Shown here: positions 38,848-53,081 of the stretch, in pieces
How the letters are laid out: each line of letters begins with the position of its first letter
How positions within the stretch are numbered: the first letter of the stretch is position 1
NCBI RefSeq assembly: GCF_006345805.1
Contig: NC_043023.1
Location: forward strand, 8,804,001-8,868,000
Length of the DNA: 64,000 nucleotides
Reading direction: 5' to 3'
Origin: Octopus sinensis
Taxonomy: Eukaryota
Program-made: the position numbers and the translations under genes
Notes under the pieces: generated by a model
Seen by the model: only the letters and a program-made list of their open reading frames with translations
Database searches by the model: none
Told to the model about the DNA's origin: nothing

Positions 38848-38924
38848 CTGAAAAATTTTTATCAAATATGTCCCATCGTTTTATTTCATCAATCACATTG
38901 GAATGCAAGAATTACGTTGATCTC

Positions 38925-39350
38925 TCTTTACTCTCTCTTTTACTCTTTTATTTGTTTCAGTCCTTTGACTGCGGCCATGCTGGAGCACCGCCTTTTGTCG
39001 AGCAAATCGACCCCGGGACTTATTCTCTGTAAGCCCAGTACTTATTCTATCGGACTCTTTTGCCGAACCGATAAGTGACGGGGACGTAAACACACCAGCA
39101 TCGGTTCTCAAACAACGCTAGGGGGACAAACATACACACACAAACATGCACACGCACATATATATAAATATATATATACATATATACGACGGGCTTCTTT
39201 CAGTTTCCGTCTACCAAATCCACTCACAAGGCTTTGGTCGACCCGAGGCTATAGTAGAAGACACTTGCCCAGGATTCCACGCAGTGGGACTGAACCTGGA
39301 ACTATGTGTTTGGTAAGCAAGCTACTTACCACACAGCCACTCCTGCGCCT
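38925..39350 (-). mobile_element. SINE family A, full length
   Basis: As 30310-30702. Confidence 0.9.
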
Positions 39351-39588
39351 ATCTGTTTGTAATTTGTTCTTATAATCTAGTTGATGTAGTTAGACCAAGT
39401 AAAAATTATGTCACATTCTAAATTAAATGGAAAACACCAGTGTTAAGGGATTTGAACTGACGGACATGAATTCTGTAATCTAAATCTCGGTAGGTGTTTT
39501 ATTTAGTAAACTGTGTAACATTCTCTTAGAAAAATTTAAAAAGGGAAAACTTCAAAATTTGTGAAGAGAGAAAACAATCCAAACGAAC

Positions 39589-39700
39589 CAGTTTCTTGTT
39601 GCTACGTTTGCATGACAAGGAATCGTCGCATTAGTTCCTACTTTTGTCATTGGCCACTTGAATGTACCATTGTTAGTTGATGTGTCTTCGTTACAAAACA
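39589..39700 (-). CDS. Adhesion GPCR exon, HRM N-half
   Basis: FCNEDTSTNNGTFKWPMTKVGTNATIPCHANVATRN-C (C..W..T..G..A..PC motif). Confidence 0.92.
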
Positions 39701-39872
39701 CTGAAAAAGATACAAAACGTAGATATGAGATATGCACGAGAGAAGACTTTAGTGTAATTTATATATTGAAAATACTGGTAAAATATTGGTAAATACTAAT
39801 AAAATATTGGTAAAGGTGAGTGATTAAGTAATTGCATTTTAATCAAGTTAGTAGTAGTATTAGTAGTAGTAA

Positions 39873-39919
<47 letters not shown>

Positions 39920-39944
39920 CGAGGAAGAGCAGGAGGAGTACTTA

Positions 39945-40003
<59 letters not shown>

Positions 40004-40005
<2 letters not shown>

Positions 40006-40400
40006 TAGTTTTATTTTTATAGCGTGCTTTCACTTCACTACCGAGCGCAGCTCTGTGTGCCTTGGGTATGTGCTGTGATTTGTTGTGATGCTCTGATGGT
40101 TATTGTATGGAAAGTGTTCTGCGTAGGATGTGTGCAGTGCCTAGTAGTGCAATTTTCTGTATGTTATATGTGTTTGTAAGTCCTGGTGTTTTTGTTATGT
40201 ATTTGTCTGAATATTTTTTTATCATGCCTAATGCACCTACTATGATAGGAATTGTTTCTGTTTTCAGATTCCACATTCTAGTTACCTCTATTTCCAGGTC
40301 TTTGTATTTTGAGAGTTTCTCCATTTCTTTTAGAGACACGTTGTCATCTTCCGGTATTGATACATCAATTAGAAAGCTTTTTTTTTTCTTCATGATCTCT
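40004..40400 (-). mobile_element. R4/Dong-clade non-LTR retrotransposon 3' fragment in (TAA)n
   Basis: RLE endonuclease end LIDVSIP..EKLSKYKDLEIE..IPIIVGALG; TAA repeats on both sides. Confidence 0.85.
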
Positions 40401-40450
40401 GATTATTATTATTATTATTATTATTATTATCATTATTATTACTATTATCA

Positions 40451-40511
<61 letters not shown>

Positions 40512-40512
<1 letters not shown>

Positions 40513-41103
40513 TATGTTTGACTTTTGCTTTATATTTGTACAAGTTGGCTCCAAGTCTCACCCAGAGACCTCAAGAGACAACAGGGTTGGAAGTTCATGT
40601 TGTTGTTATGCCTAGTGTGCCATATATTTGGGGGGTGGGGATGTTGTACTAATGAATGTCTAAAAAAAAGTTTTTTTTTTTTTTTTAACCGAAGATTATG
40701 TTTGTTTTAAACCTTGAGATTACATAGAGAGTATTTTGCGTAGGATATGAGCAGTTACCCTGAGCACTATCTTTTGAACTTCTGCCATTTTTGGGTTTCC
40801 TGGTATCTGAGTTAGGTAACTATCAGCCCCTTTTGCTATCATTCCCAGGGCACCTATGACAACAGGTATTGTTTTAGTCTTCAGCTTCCACATTTTGCTG
40901 ATTTCTATTTCAAGATCTTTATATTTGCTCAGTTTTTGGTAGGTCTTGACAGATACGTTTATATCGATTGGGACAGTCATATCAATGAGGAGGCATGTTC
41001 TTTGTTTGAAGTCTTTCAATATGATGTCTGGCCTATTTGCATCTATCTTCCTGTCAGTTTGAATGGTGAAGTTCCAGAGGAGTGAGATGTGGTCATTTTC
41101 AAA

Positions 41104-41105
<2 letters not shown>
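40512..41105 (-). mobile_element. Second R4/Dong-clade 3' fragment (different subfamily) in (TAA)n
   Basis: LWNFTIQTDRKIDANRPDIILKD..LIDMTVP..KLSKYKDLEIE..IPVVIGALG. Confidence 0.88.
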
Positions 41106-41175
<70 letters not shown>

Positions 41176-41229
41176 TTGTTATTATTATTATTGTTGTTGT
41201 TGTTGTTATTATTGTCGGTTATTATTCAT

Positions 41230-41791
41230 GTTCAGATAAATTTGAAAGCCTCTGCGGGGAATGTTTCATTGTTTGGCAATTCAGCCAACGGATTAAAAAC
41301 ATTATTGATGATTATACCGCAAAATCGCTGAGTGGTATCGCCAAAGAACTACAGGTGTCGTACAATCAGAACTATAGTGCACGTGGACTTTCCATATCTT
41401 CAAAGGCACGTGAAAACAGCTTGATACATACCAAACGGAACTTTTTTATTAAGGTTAAAAGCGAGAGCCAACATTGCATGCGTTGCTTTTTTCTCTCATG
41501 CGAAAAACCTACGACGAAAACTAAAAGTAGGACCGGAGAAATGACAAAAGGCTTCCTGAAGATCCTGCTGATATCCTCAGAGTGATGCAAACTGCGTTTA
41601 ACACATATATACGTGCATACATGATTCAGTGCTTAAGAGATTTGCTTTTCAATGCCAACAATTTGGTCTTCGGTTCTACACCTTAGGAAAGTGTTTCCTA
41701 TAGTAGCTGCAGTTAGCCAAAGCCTTGTCAGTAGATTTGGTAGACGGAAACTAAGAGAAGCCTCTTGTATGCATGTATATAAATATATATA

Positions 41792-41865
<74 letters not shown>

Positions 41866-42440
41866 ATATATATATATATATATATCATAAATATATACTC
41901 ACACACAAATATATATTTTTATATGTGTGTATGTATATAAATGATTTTAGGAGTGGTGAATAAAAATAAGCTATGTCACACAACCCCAGATCTTTCCATA
42001 GGATATTATTATTAATTCAGTTGGATGTATTGAGGTGCCGGAGACAATCGTTAAGCCTTGGACGGATGAAGTACACAATGGTAGGCTATATATGTATGAA
42101 CACGTCTCAGTGCATTCTCACAAACCCATCTAATCGAAAAGTGAAGGAAGGCAATCGTCATGATCTCGTAACACCAAACGTGTATCCTTCAAATTCACCA
42201 GGTTTAAATCCCATCTCACTTTGAGTGATTGAAAGGGGAGACAAGTCGATAATCCCACAATCCCACAGCTTCATTAAATGCCGCCATCTTCCTTCCAGCA
42301 GTTCCAGCAATGGATAGGGTCCATTTAGTGCAGTCATCGATTCCAGTCTTGTATACATATTTATTAAAAATATTATGTTTACTGTTTCATTAGAGTTGTT
42401 TCTTAAGTCGCTATATAACTCCTCAATGCCTCTGGCACTG
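41230..42440 (+). mobile_element. Highly degenerate Tc1/mariner relic interrupted by a SINE A head (41620-41770) and (TA)n
   Basis: SLSGIAKELQVS HTH-like segment; VTPNVYPSNSPGLNPI resembles WPPNSPDLNP. Confidence 0.55.
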
Positions 42441-43174
42441 TAAATACACATGAAAAACACTCATATATACATAGAGGAGAAGGAGGTGAGAGCAGCGTCA
42501 TAGTGATACTAAGAACAGCGACACACACAAATACAGACGCAAACACATGCACATATAAGGATACAAATCATAGAAGAACTAAATGCATTCAACCGAGCAG
42601 AATCACAACGAGCACGGAGTGTGTTACCGAAGAGGTCACAGATGTGTGAGGGAAAATTTGCGGACAATGGACATGAGGTAAAACAAGAACATTAATAAAT
42701 GAGTGAAGAACCAATATATAGTGCGTGTGTTTATTGTTTATTTGGAAAATAAATAAATAAACAATGACCATACCGAATTGCCTTAAGGCATTATTTTCCA
42801 AATACGCCAGCGAAGTTAAGTTGAACTGTCTAAAGTCGTAAGACACCCGCTGTTTTTGTCCTGTTATTACTATTATTGTTTTTTGTATTTATATTCGTGT
42901 GGCATCGTCCGTTTTTCTGTCCTTGTTTCGTATACATTCTATCCTTTTTCCAAGAAATCTAATGCTCGTAGCTTAGTTTTTCCTTGGGACTGGCCGGATC
43001 GGAGCGATCTCAAGATTAATCAGCCGAAATTGCGAGGATGATCCGGTTCTTGCCTGAAGATTAGAGGCTTCGAATGACCCGTCCGTTTTTTGTGTCGTCT
43101 ATTTGAGTGTTTTGCGTTCTTGTCCCATTTTGTATTTTTATATATATTTTTTATAAATATATATATATATATAT

Positions 43175-43229
<55 letters not shown>

Positions 43230-44723
43230 CATGCATCATACACACATATTCATATCCATACATACTACTCATATGTGTGTGTACCTTTCCCTATTTCGGA
43301 AATGGACATGACAAAGTCGAACAAACGAGACTGCGCTCATGAGGGCAGCATCCGAAAATGTCACTTTTTCACTTGCCCAGATTCAGTGAAATTTTCAGCA
43401 GCGAAGCGGAGTTTTTATCTTCTATTTCTAGTTTGATAAAATGCGAAAAAAATCCAGAAACTTTTAGTTTATTTTGTACGGATTTGCTTCCTCGTTTAAG
43501 TACTCTTTATACTCCAGGCAAAAGTTTTAGCGTTGCTAGCAAGTCAGTCAGAACGTATTAAGAGTGGTTTGAATTCTTTCTGTTTTGCATGCATTCTATG
43601 AATTATTAGTATGCATCAGTAAATAATTCATTTGCTGATTTCTATAAACAAGGGTGCATAAACTTGTTAAATTCATTGGTCCGGCTTGGTGACTGTGAGT
43701 GAGGAATGACATAATGAAGATTAATTACCGGGGCTCAAAGTCCCCTGACACCGCTTGATTGCCAGTGTTACAAACACACCTCGTTTAGAGGGAACTGGCG
43801 TTCGGTGATGAAGAAAAGCAATAGCGATTAGATATTCACGTTTGAGTTTGCCGGAATGTATAATGAATGAATACGTTACATTCAAAATTGTTTTAAAAGA
43901 AATAACTCGAAATATCTAGAGGTATATTCAGATAGAAAAAATGACGAAATACAATAAATGGATTTTAAATATATTTACAAAATGAATCACAGATTTGTGG
44001 AATTAATCGCCCTTTCAAAATATAGAAAAAAATTGCTTCAAACTCCAAATCAGAATGGGAGATAACTAAAGTAACCTGTTGGCGTTGAATTTGCAGAATT
44101 GTTAGCACGCCAGGAAAATTCTTTGACTCTCTGAGTTCTAGGTTCAAACACTGCTGAGGTTAACTTTGTCTTTGCTCCTTTCCAGGTCTGTAAGAAACAG
44201 TATCAGCCCAAGCACTTTTAGTTCTGTGCTCAAATGGCATTCAGGTGTGGCAGAATTAATCTATCATCCGGTTTAACAAAGCTATCTGACAGCTTGAGTG
44301 CCACAAATGAAAAAGAACATTCTGATGTAAGTATTTGATCTGGGTCTCTAGTTTGGTGACACCTACTTTCCGACCCCTCACCCTCTACGAAGAACCTTTA
44401 AAACAATCATGGACAGACACTGCTTCCAAGCTCTGTCTAAAAGATAAAGAAGACCTAGAATTTTCACGAATTAATATGTCATTAAGTATAAGAGGGTCAG
44501 GTTTTCTGGAGACATCTGTGAACATGTTTCTGCCTTAATAGTCGTCATCAGAAGAGCATTCAGTAATATATAAGACTTAGACGTGTGTGTTTGTGTGTAT
44601 GTTTGTCTGTGTGTCATGTTTCAATGGTAATACCTACTTATGATAGCGAATATGACGCCGACAATGACGAAAAGGATGATAATGGGTGATAGCGATAGAA
44701 ATGTTAAGAAACTCACAACTTAC

Positions 44724-44877
44724 TTTCACCCTTTGATTTCACCTTAACTGGTTTATTCCCGAGTAACGCAATGTTTGGGATGTATTCAAAATTTTGTAAA
44801 GATTTTGCAAAACTCGATCTTTAGTTCCAATGAGGACTGTACAGTAAATAGTAAACACCACTGAGCTTTTCTCCGAG
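44724..44877 (-). CDS. Adhesion GPCR exon, end of SEA-like region (frame disrupted)
   Basis: SEKSSVVFTIYCTVLIGTKDRVLQNLYKILNTSQT; TGA at 44741-44739 in the entry frame; AG/GTAAGT. Confidence 0.75.
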
Positions 44878-45199
44878 CTGAAACACGATTTTTAAAAAGA
44901 AGTTAAAGAAAAATTAGTTGCAGCAACGACAACCAGAATGTTTTTAGTACACTTCAATCAAACTGGTTTTCAAGATGTTGATCTTATCCTCGTAAGAGAA
45001 ATCTAAGTTTCATCGTTATGTAATACAGTCAGCTGATTTGATTTATCCATAATGGACGCCAATGTGCCAAGGCTGATGTGTGTTAATCCTAATTCCTTTA
45101 CTTTTAGCGTGGTTGCTATTATTACCTTGTTAATTACTTGTGTTAATCACCTATATTCCAACTCCAAATCATAAACGATTGCACCTAAGTTAGAAACTA

Positions 45200-45268
45200 C
45201 TATAGCCTCGGGCCGACCAAATCACTCGCAGTAGACTTTGTAGACGGAACTGAAACAGGCGCATCGTG

Positions 45269-45348
<80 letters not shown>

Positions 45349-45570
45349 AAGAGATGTATATGTGTGTGTACATGTATGTGTGTATTTGTTTGTGTTTTTC
45401 CTCCGCCATCACTTGACGCCTAGATGGTGTGTTCACGTCCCCGTAACTTAGGGATTCGGTCAAAAAGACCGATAGAATAAGCACTAAGCTTACAAAGTTT
45501 AAGTCCTGGGTCGATTAATTCGACTTAAGGCGATGCATTATGGCCGCAGTCAAATGTTTGAAGCAAGTAA
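45200..45570 (+). mobile_element. SINE family A lacking head
   Basis: TATAGCCTCGGGCCGACCAA body, TGGCCGCAGTCAAATG tail. Confidence 0.8.
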
Positions 45571-45650
45571 ATGAATAGAAATATGTCTATACAAAAATAT
45601 ATTTGCATGTGTGTGTGTGTCTGTGTGTGCACCTGCAAGTGTATATGTAC

Positions 45651-45796
<146 letters not shown>

Positions 45797-45844
45797 ATAT
45801 ATATATTATTCATATATATATATATTGTGTATATATATATATTT

Positions 45845-46007
<163 letters not shown>

Positions 46008-46277
46008 TTAAACATAACATTTCAGGTCACACCCTTCTTCGGTTTGGAGAGGGACATTAAAATGCAGATGATAATGATGATGATGATGACAACGACGACG
46101 ACGATGATAATAATATTAATAATAGTCATAAACTCAACATTTGATTAATAGTGTGAATTTGTGAAATTTAATTACAACAGAATTTATTTATTTTATTGTA
46201 ATTAATATATACACGGAAAAGTCACTGGAATGTTTTGAGGAAAAATAAACAAATCACGAATAAAATGTTTTGCTTAC

Positions 46278-46330
46278 CTACAATATTCAACTTTAAATAC
46301 TCCTGTCAAGGTTAATAACTCGTGTTCCAC
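46278..46330 (-). CDS. Adhesion GPCR exon (SEA-like region)
   Basis: VEHELLTLTGVFKVEYC-S; tgcAG/GTAAGC; phase 0/2 fits. Confidence 0.78.
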
Positions 46331-46729
46331 CTGCAATAGTTGAATATATATATTAATAAATGTAAGAAATTTAACTGAATAATAGAGGACGGCTATATTT
46401 ATTGCCCGTGATCATGTCTCTGCGTAAGATATCCCAGGACATAAAAATGACGTCAAGGTCTGTCACCATATGAACTTTCATTAAAGACAAGAAGACGGAG
46501 AGACATTTTTCTTGGGCAGTGTAAGTCTCATCTTCTGCAGGTATAAAAATAGGACATTGAAGTGGTTTAGTAGAACGAAATGGAGCTGATTCTCTGATGT
46601 TCAAAAGCCCAAACATGGTTCTTTATTTCTTGTACGCTTACAACAGACTCCTGTGTGTTTGTGTCTCGGTATATTCACGTCTTTACAAATGTCCATATAT
46701 ACTTCCATACCTACGTACAAATGTATGAG

Positions 46730-46808
<79 letters not shown>

Positions 46809-47097
46809 GTAAAATATGAAAAATCAACGAAAATGCATATTGCATATTGCAAATAGAAAAAGGCTATTTATGACAGGTAACGACAAATATATACATTTAG
46901 ATTAACTGAGGTAGTAAAACGAGTCATAAAAGTCATTATTATGAGATGATTATAAGATGATAATAAAGTGAGAGAACAAAACGAACCAATGATTTACGCA
47001 AAGCTATTCATCGTTTGAACAACACCGTTGATTTTTCATATTTTACACTTACATTTCCACGTGTATTTTATATTTTCTTTTCGTAACATATTTCGAC

Positions 47098-47607
<510 letters not shown>

Positions 47608-47620
47608 AATATATATATAT

Positions 47621-47740
<120 letters not shown>

Positions 47741-48646
47741 TAATATATATATATATATTTTTAAAGTTTCAGCTCAGAGTTGCGGTCATGTAAGTACAAA
47801 TTTATATATACATATATACTTGTATATAAAATTCACGGAAATTGTGAACCTTCGGTGAGGTTCACATCAATTTCGGGTTGATATGTTATCATTAGAGGTG
47901 AAAACTGCTTAAAGGCATTGTTGTTGGTAAGTGAGTGTGCTCAGCAAACCTTATTGGATATTATGGACTGAGGTTCTAAAATTTGATGCAAATGAGTCTG
48001 TGTAGTTGGTGAAACAGTATGTATTCGGATACAGAATCGGATTAATGATTAAACTAATTGAGTGAAGATTGCATAGAAAGGGATTAGAAAATAGGATTTC
48101 ATAGGAATTTATATAATTAATTGGATACGTCAATAAGCAATAACAGTTTGAGCACATTGTGCTGCACTTGGTTTTTAATTATATAATTAGTATTAGTTGA
48201 TAATTTTCGGGTAACTTGTAGTTGTCCTTCAGTTTTATTTTATATATAATGTATATTTGGAATATACAGAGATAAGAGAATCAAGAAGAAAATAAGTGAA
48301 TTTCTGGGCTTCTGTTGAAAGAAAAAGCTTGGGAGAAATTACGGATTTTTTTAAACATTAAATTTACTTTGTAGTAAAAATGCGTCAAGTCTATATAACT
48401 GTCCAGAAATATATAAGAATCTGGTCTTTACGCATTTATAATATATGTGCTAATATGACTGTGAACTGCTATTGAGGCCTTTGATACCAAATTGACATCA
48501 AAACGTATATTGGTATACTGTTTAAACTAAATACAGTTATCTTAATCAAAGCCGCTTTTATCTTTTAACCAAATGAATAATGTTGTCTAGTATATGTAGT
48601 TTCTTCCTTATTTAGTTGATGATTGACATTCGTTTTATATGACATG

Positions 48647-48857
48647 TACTCTTTCACTCTTTTCCTTGTTTCAATCATTTGACTGCGGCCATGCTGGAGC
48701 ACCGCCTTTAATCGAGCAACTCGACACCGGGACTTATTCTTTTGTAAGCCCAGTACTTATTCTATCGGTCTCTTTTGCCGAACCGCTAAGTAACGGGGAC
48801 ATAAACACACCAGCATCGGTTGTCAAGCAATGCTAGACACAAACACACACACACACA

Positions 48858-48920
<63 letters not shown>

Positions 48921-49083
48921 TACGACGGACTTCTTTCAGTTTCCGTCTACCAAATCCACTCACAAGGTTCTGGTCGGTCCAAGGCTATAGTAGATGACAC
49001 TTGCCCAAGGTGCCACGACGTGGGACTGAACCTAGAACCATGTGATTGGTAAACAAGCTACTTACCACACAGCCACTCCTGCG
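48647..49083 (-). mobile_element. SINE family A, full length
   Basis: As 30310-30702. Confidence 0.9.
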
Positions 49084-49153
49084 TGTGTGTGTGAGAAAGA
49101 GAGAGAGAGAGAAAACGAAGAGAGGGATCGAAAGAAAATACATGCTAACTCAC

Positions 49154-49260
49154 AGCTCTAGATACGTTTTCTGTGGTGTTTACATTTTCAGTTAACTTCT
49201 TAAAAGTCGAATATGCGTCCACGGTAAAAATCAGATGAAGTTCAAAGGAATGCGTCCAAC
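49154..49260 (-). CDS. Adhesion GPCR exon (start of SEA-like region)
   Basis: GWTHSFELHLIFTVDAYSTFKKLTENVNTTENVSRA; AG/GTGAGT; phase 1/0 fits. Confidence 0.82.
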
Positions 49261-49836
49261 CTATTCAAGAACATAAAAGAAAAACCTAGACATTGCGATT
49301 ATAAATGAGACACGTGCCACGGATGCACTGAGTGGCATATACTATGAACATAGAAATATATATTTAACAGTGTGTTGTTATATAATCACGGGTTATTTAA
49401 TACCCCGTATGAAACCAATTGCTAATATCAGTTGTAGTCGGTCTATAATACCGTATACTTTCATTAATATAGCCAGTCTACGGACAAATATGCAATTGCA
49501 TAATTTTCTGGCTTATGGATTCTTACACGAGAGAGATGGATGAAAATATAGGATTATTTCAATATTATTTAAATATGATTCATATGCATATGTATATTTT
49601 CAGTGTGTGTTTACTTTTGTAACTGCCTTTGTGCGATGCGTTATACCCAGTTACCTTTAATATGTTCTGCCTAAGGTCTTGTATGGTTGAGAGAGAGTCA
49701 CTGGCTAGATTTCACTTTTAGGCATAGGAGATTGGAGTGTAGGTAATATGCATATGCAGGGTTTACTCACGGATATGTGTGTATGTATATACAGAAGTTC
49801 AGCAAAAATTTAGATTCAAATGAATATGGTACTTAA

Positions 49837-49922
49837 TTGGCTGATGAGTACTCAGCATTTTAAAACTGTTGTAATACTTACAACATTTAATAAAATGATG
49901 TAGTACGAAACGATCGTACCAA
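49837..49922 (+). ncRNA. Type I hammerhead ribozyme with long stem II and palindromic stem III
   Basis: TTGG-CTGATGA-GTACT..TGTTGTAA(tac)TTACAACA..AGTAC-GAAA-CGATCG-TA-CCAA. Confidence 0.87.
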
Positions 49923-49954
49923 ATTACCGGAGTCATTCTTGTTGCTTATTTTGA

Positions 49955-50023
<69 letters not shown>

Positions 50024-50143
50024 CGTTACTGTGTAGTAGATTTGCTTCCCAATCGCAAAGGATTCAGTCCCACTGTGTGGCACATTGAGCAAGTGTCTTA
50101 GCCTTGGTAGTGGATTTGATAGACACAAAGTGAAAGGAGCCCG

Positions 50144-50205
<62 letters not shown>

Positions 50206-50209
<4 letters not shown>

Positions 50210-50560
50210 AATAAAACATATGCATACATACATATATGTACATACCTACATCTATATGTATATATGAAACACGCATTGAGTCGAAGCAGGGGCAGCTGAT
50301 GAAGGGGAATATTCCTAGTATTGTTTGTCTTGTACTCTGTTTTTTCGTTGTTAAAAAGACCGTTTTCTTGTTTGGTTTTATGTTTTCGTTTCTCGTTGTG
50401 TTCTACGTTTATTTGTGGTGTCCTGTACTCATATATGCATGTATATATACATATAGATGTAGGTATGTACATATATGCATGTATATATGCATATGTTTTA
50501 TTTATTAAATTGTTATTATATGATTGAACGCCGCGCGTTATTTTCTTCTTCTCCAAGTAA
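50206..50560 (+). mobile_element. Probable PLE pLTR fragment with inverted 5' duplicate
   Basis: 50206-50265 is the reverse complement of part of 50431-50507; CTGATGA near 50295; flanked by (TA)n. Confidence 0.6.
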
Positions 50561-50599
50561 GTTTATATATATATATATGTGTGTGTGTCTGTGTGTCTT

Positions 50600-50630
<31 letters not shown>

Positions 50631-50679
50631 GGGGAGAGAGAGAGAGGAGGAGGAGAGAGAGATTCAATTAAAGGTTAGA

Positions 50680-51195
50680 TATCTCTTTAAGTAATAAAAC
50701 ATCCGATGAAATCATTGGTGTATGACCTAAGATAACTGCTGAGATATTATATTTAATATTCAACCATAAGGTAATAGAATAATCTGTGGTATACGATTGT
50801 TTAAAAATAATAAGAAAACAGAGATAGACAAATTAATAATTATTTATTAATTACAGAAATAGACATAGTCTCTGACAGCTGTTTCGGAGTTAACAAAATG
50901 AATATAAATTTATATCTATTTATAGAAGTTATAAATATAAATATAAATACAAATATACCTCCTCACCCCTTATAAGGTTTATACCATGTTCTTTCTATAA
51001 AACAATATTCAGTTAGCTGTCATGCTCTGTACACTAAACAAATCATGTAATTGTATATCTTTTTGCTACCTTTGTCGAGATTGAACTTTATAGTGTTTTA
51101 AATTATTCTAGTTAATTTCTAAAGATCGAATCGAAACAGCTGTCAGAGTCTATGTATATTTTTGTAATTAATTATTAACTTTTCCATCTTTTCCA

Positions 51196-51200
<5 letters not shown>
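50680..51200 (-). mobile_element. Probable PLE pLTR fragment with inverted duplicate and hammerhead 3' half
   Basis: CGAAACAGCTGTCAGAG at 51132 is inverted at ~50870-50886. Confidence 0.6.
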
Positions 51201-51259
<59 letters not shown>

Positions 51260-51446
51260 CATACATACATACATACATACATACATACATACATACACAC
51301 ACATATATATACACATATATATATAGACATACATACATACATACACACACATATATATGTACACATTTATATATAGACATACATACATACATATATACAT
51401 ACATACATACATACACACATATATATGTACATATATATATATATAT

Positions 51447-51497
<51 letters not shown>

Positions 51498-52052
51498 TAT
51501 ATTCAAATATATATATACATACACATACATATATTCAAATATATATATATACATATACATACACACACGCACACACATATGTAAAGATGCGTATACAGGT
51601 GCAGGGATAGCCAGATGGTTAAATGGTTCGACACATACTTAAGAATTCAGTCCTACTGCGTGGCACCTTAGGCAAGTGTTTGCTACTCCGGCCGATCAAA
51701 CCCTGATTTGTAAATTTCAGATATCTAAACTGAAAGAAGCCCTGTATATGTCCATATATGTGTGTGTTAAAAAACGTACTCTTTGTTAAAAAACGTACTC
51801 TGAAAATCGCAAGCGCTTTTCCTGTCAACAAATCATTCAATCGTTCCATGCATTGGAAGAAATGTAAAATAAGAAATTCGTTACCAGAAAATGCGTAAGC
51901 ATTAGTGATAGGAATGGCATTCGATTGTAAAACAATTGTTGTATAGTATATCCGTCTAACCCATGACAACATGGATAACGGTCGTAAACCCAATGAAGGT
52001 GCAATGCATGCATACTTGATATATAAATGTGTGTGTGCGTATTTGTGTGAGC

Positions 52053-52090
<38 letters not shown>

Positions 52091-52380
52091 TGAGAGAGAG
52101 AGATTTGTATATATGTGTGTGTATATCTATGTATATATATATGTACATATAGGTGTATGATATACATACAACACTCACACACATGCGCATATATATTATA
52201 TATTATATAGTATATATGTGAGTATATGTGTGTGTGCGTTTGTGTTTGTGAGTGTACACAGTAACTCATTTTATCATATATCAACTATTATCCAATCTTC
52301 ATATTAAACATCCATCTATAAATAAATCAGAAATATTAAATTTCTAAATATCTCATAGAGATATGTACGGTGGTGGAGCG

Positions 52381-52593
52381 ATAGAGTGGTGGTTGTATAC
52401 TGTCAAATTAACGTGACAGCCCTGTAAGGGATTTACACCACTGCTGTTTAGCCCTAGGAAGCATCGACGCTTCCTGTCGGCTTGACACATTTAAGGCCGA
52501 CAGGAAACGTCGATGCTTCCTAGGGCTAAACATCGGTGGTGTTATTCCCTTACAGGACTGTCACGTTAAGTTGGCAGTATACAACCACTCTAT
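52381..52593. mobile_element. Fold-back (palindromic) MITE-like element
   Basis: ~100-bp arms ATAGAGTGGT..CCTGTCGGC / GCCGACAGG..ACCACTCTAT with a short spacer; no clear TSD. Confidence 0.8.
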
Positions 52594-52637
52594 AAATAAA
52601 TCAGATGCGATTAAACCAAAGAATTAACAACACTTAC

Positions 52638-52821
52638 CAGGGAAATCATTCTTATTGCATAAGTTGTCTCTGCAACAAGCAACACAAGCAGTGCCATTGG
52701 ACCAATTTTTGCATGTAAGGGAATTGTTTCTGAAAGCTTCAAGGCAGTTGTTGTATGTGCTGCAGGATCTTTGAAACTTCAATGTACTGCCATCCACTGA
52801 TAGCCCATATTGGCAGAGAGG
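52638..52821 (-). CDS. Adhesion GPCR exon, Ly6/uPAR-like three-finger domain C-part
   Basis: PLCQYGLSVDGSTLKFQRSCSTYNNCLEAFRNNSLTCKNWSNGTACVACCRDNLCNKNDFP; CCxxxxCN terminus. Confidence 0.88.
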
Positions 52822-52854
52822 CTGTAACAATGAAGATAACAGCCATATAATACT

Positions 52855-53081
52855 TATTTCTTTATTACCCTCAAGGGGCTAAACATAGAGAGGACAAACA
52901 AGGACAGAAAAACGGATTATGTCGATTATATCGACCCCAGTGCTTAACTGGTACTTATTTAATCGACCCCCGAAAGGATGAAAGGCAAAGTCGGCGGAAT
53001 TTGAACTCAGAACGCAGCGGCGGACGAAATACCGCAAAGCATTTCGCCCGGCTTGCTAACGATTCTGCCAGCTCGCCGCCT
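52855..53081 (-). mobile_element. SINE family B
   Basis: As 26807-27030. Confidence 0.85.

Noticed and set aside
42585-43150. Possible PLE pLTR relic with CTGAAGA
   Set aside because: No complete hammerhead or coding motif found; left unannotated.
44515-44556. Minus-strand CTGATGA..GAAACATGTTC hammerhead-like motif
   Set aside because: Stems I and II do not pair; at most a decayed relic.
47838-47874. Isolated hairpin GAAATTGTGAACCTT-cggt-GAGGTTCACATCAATTTC as a pre-miRNA
   Set aside because: Stem too short, no expression evidence; probably a TE remnant.
50265-50320. GAAAC..GTC..CTGATGA permuted hammerhead
   Set aside because: No convincing stem I and a mismatched stem III.
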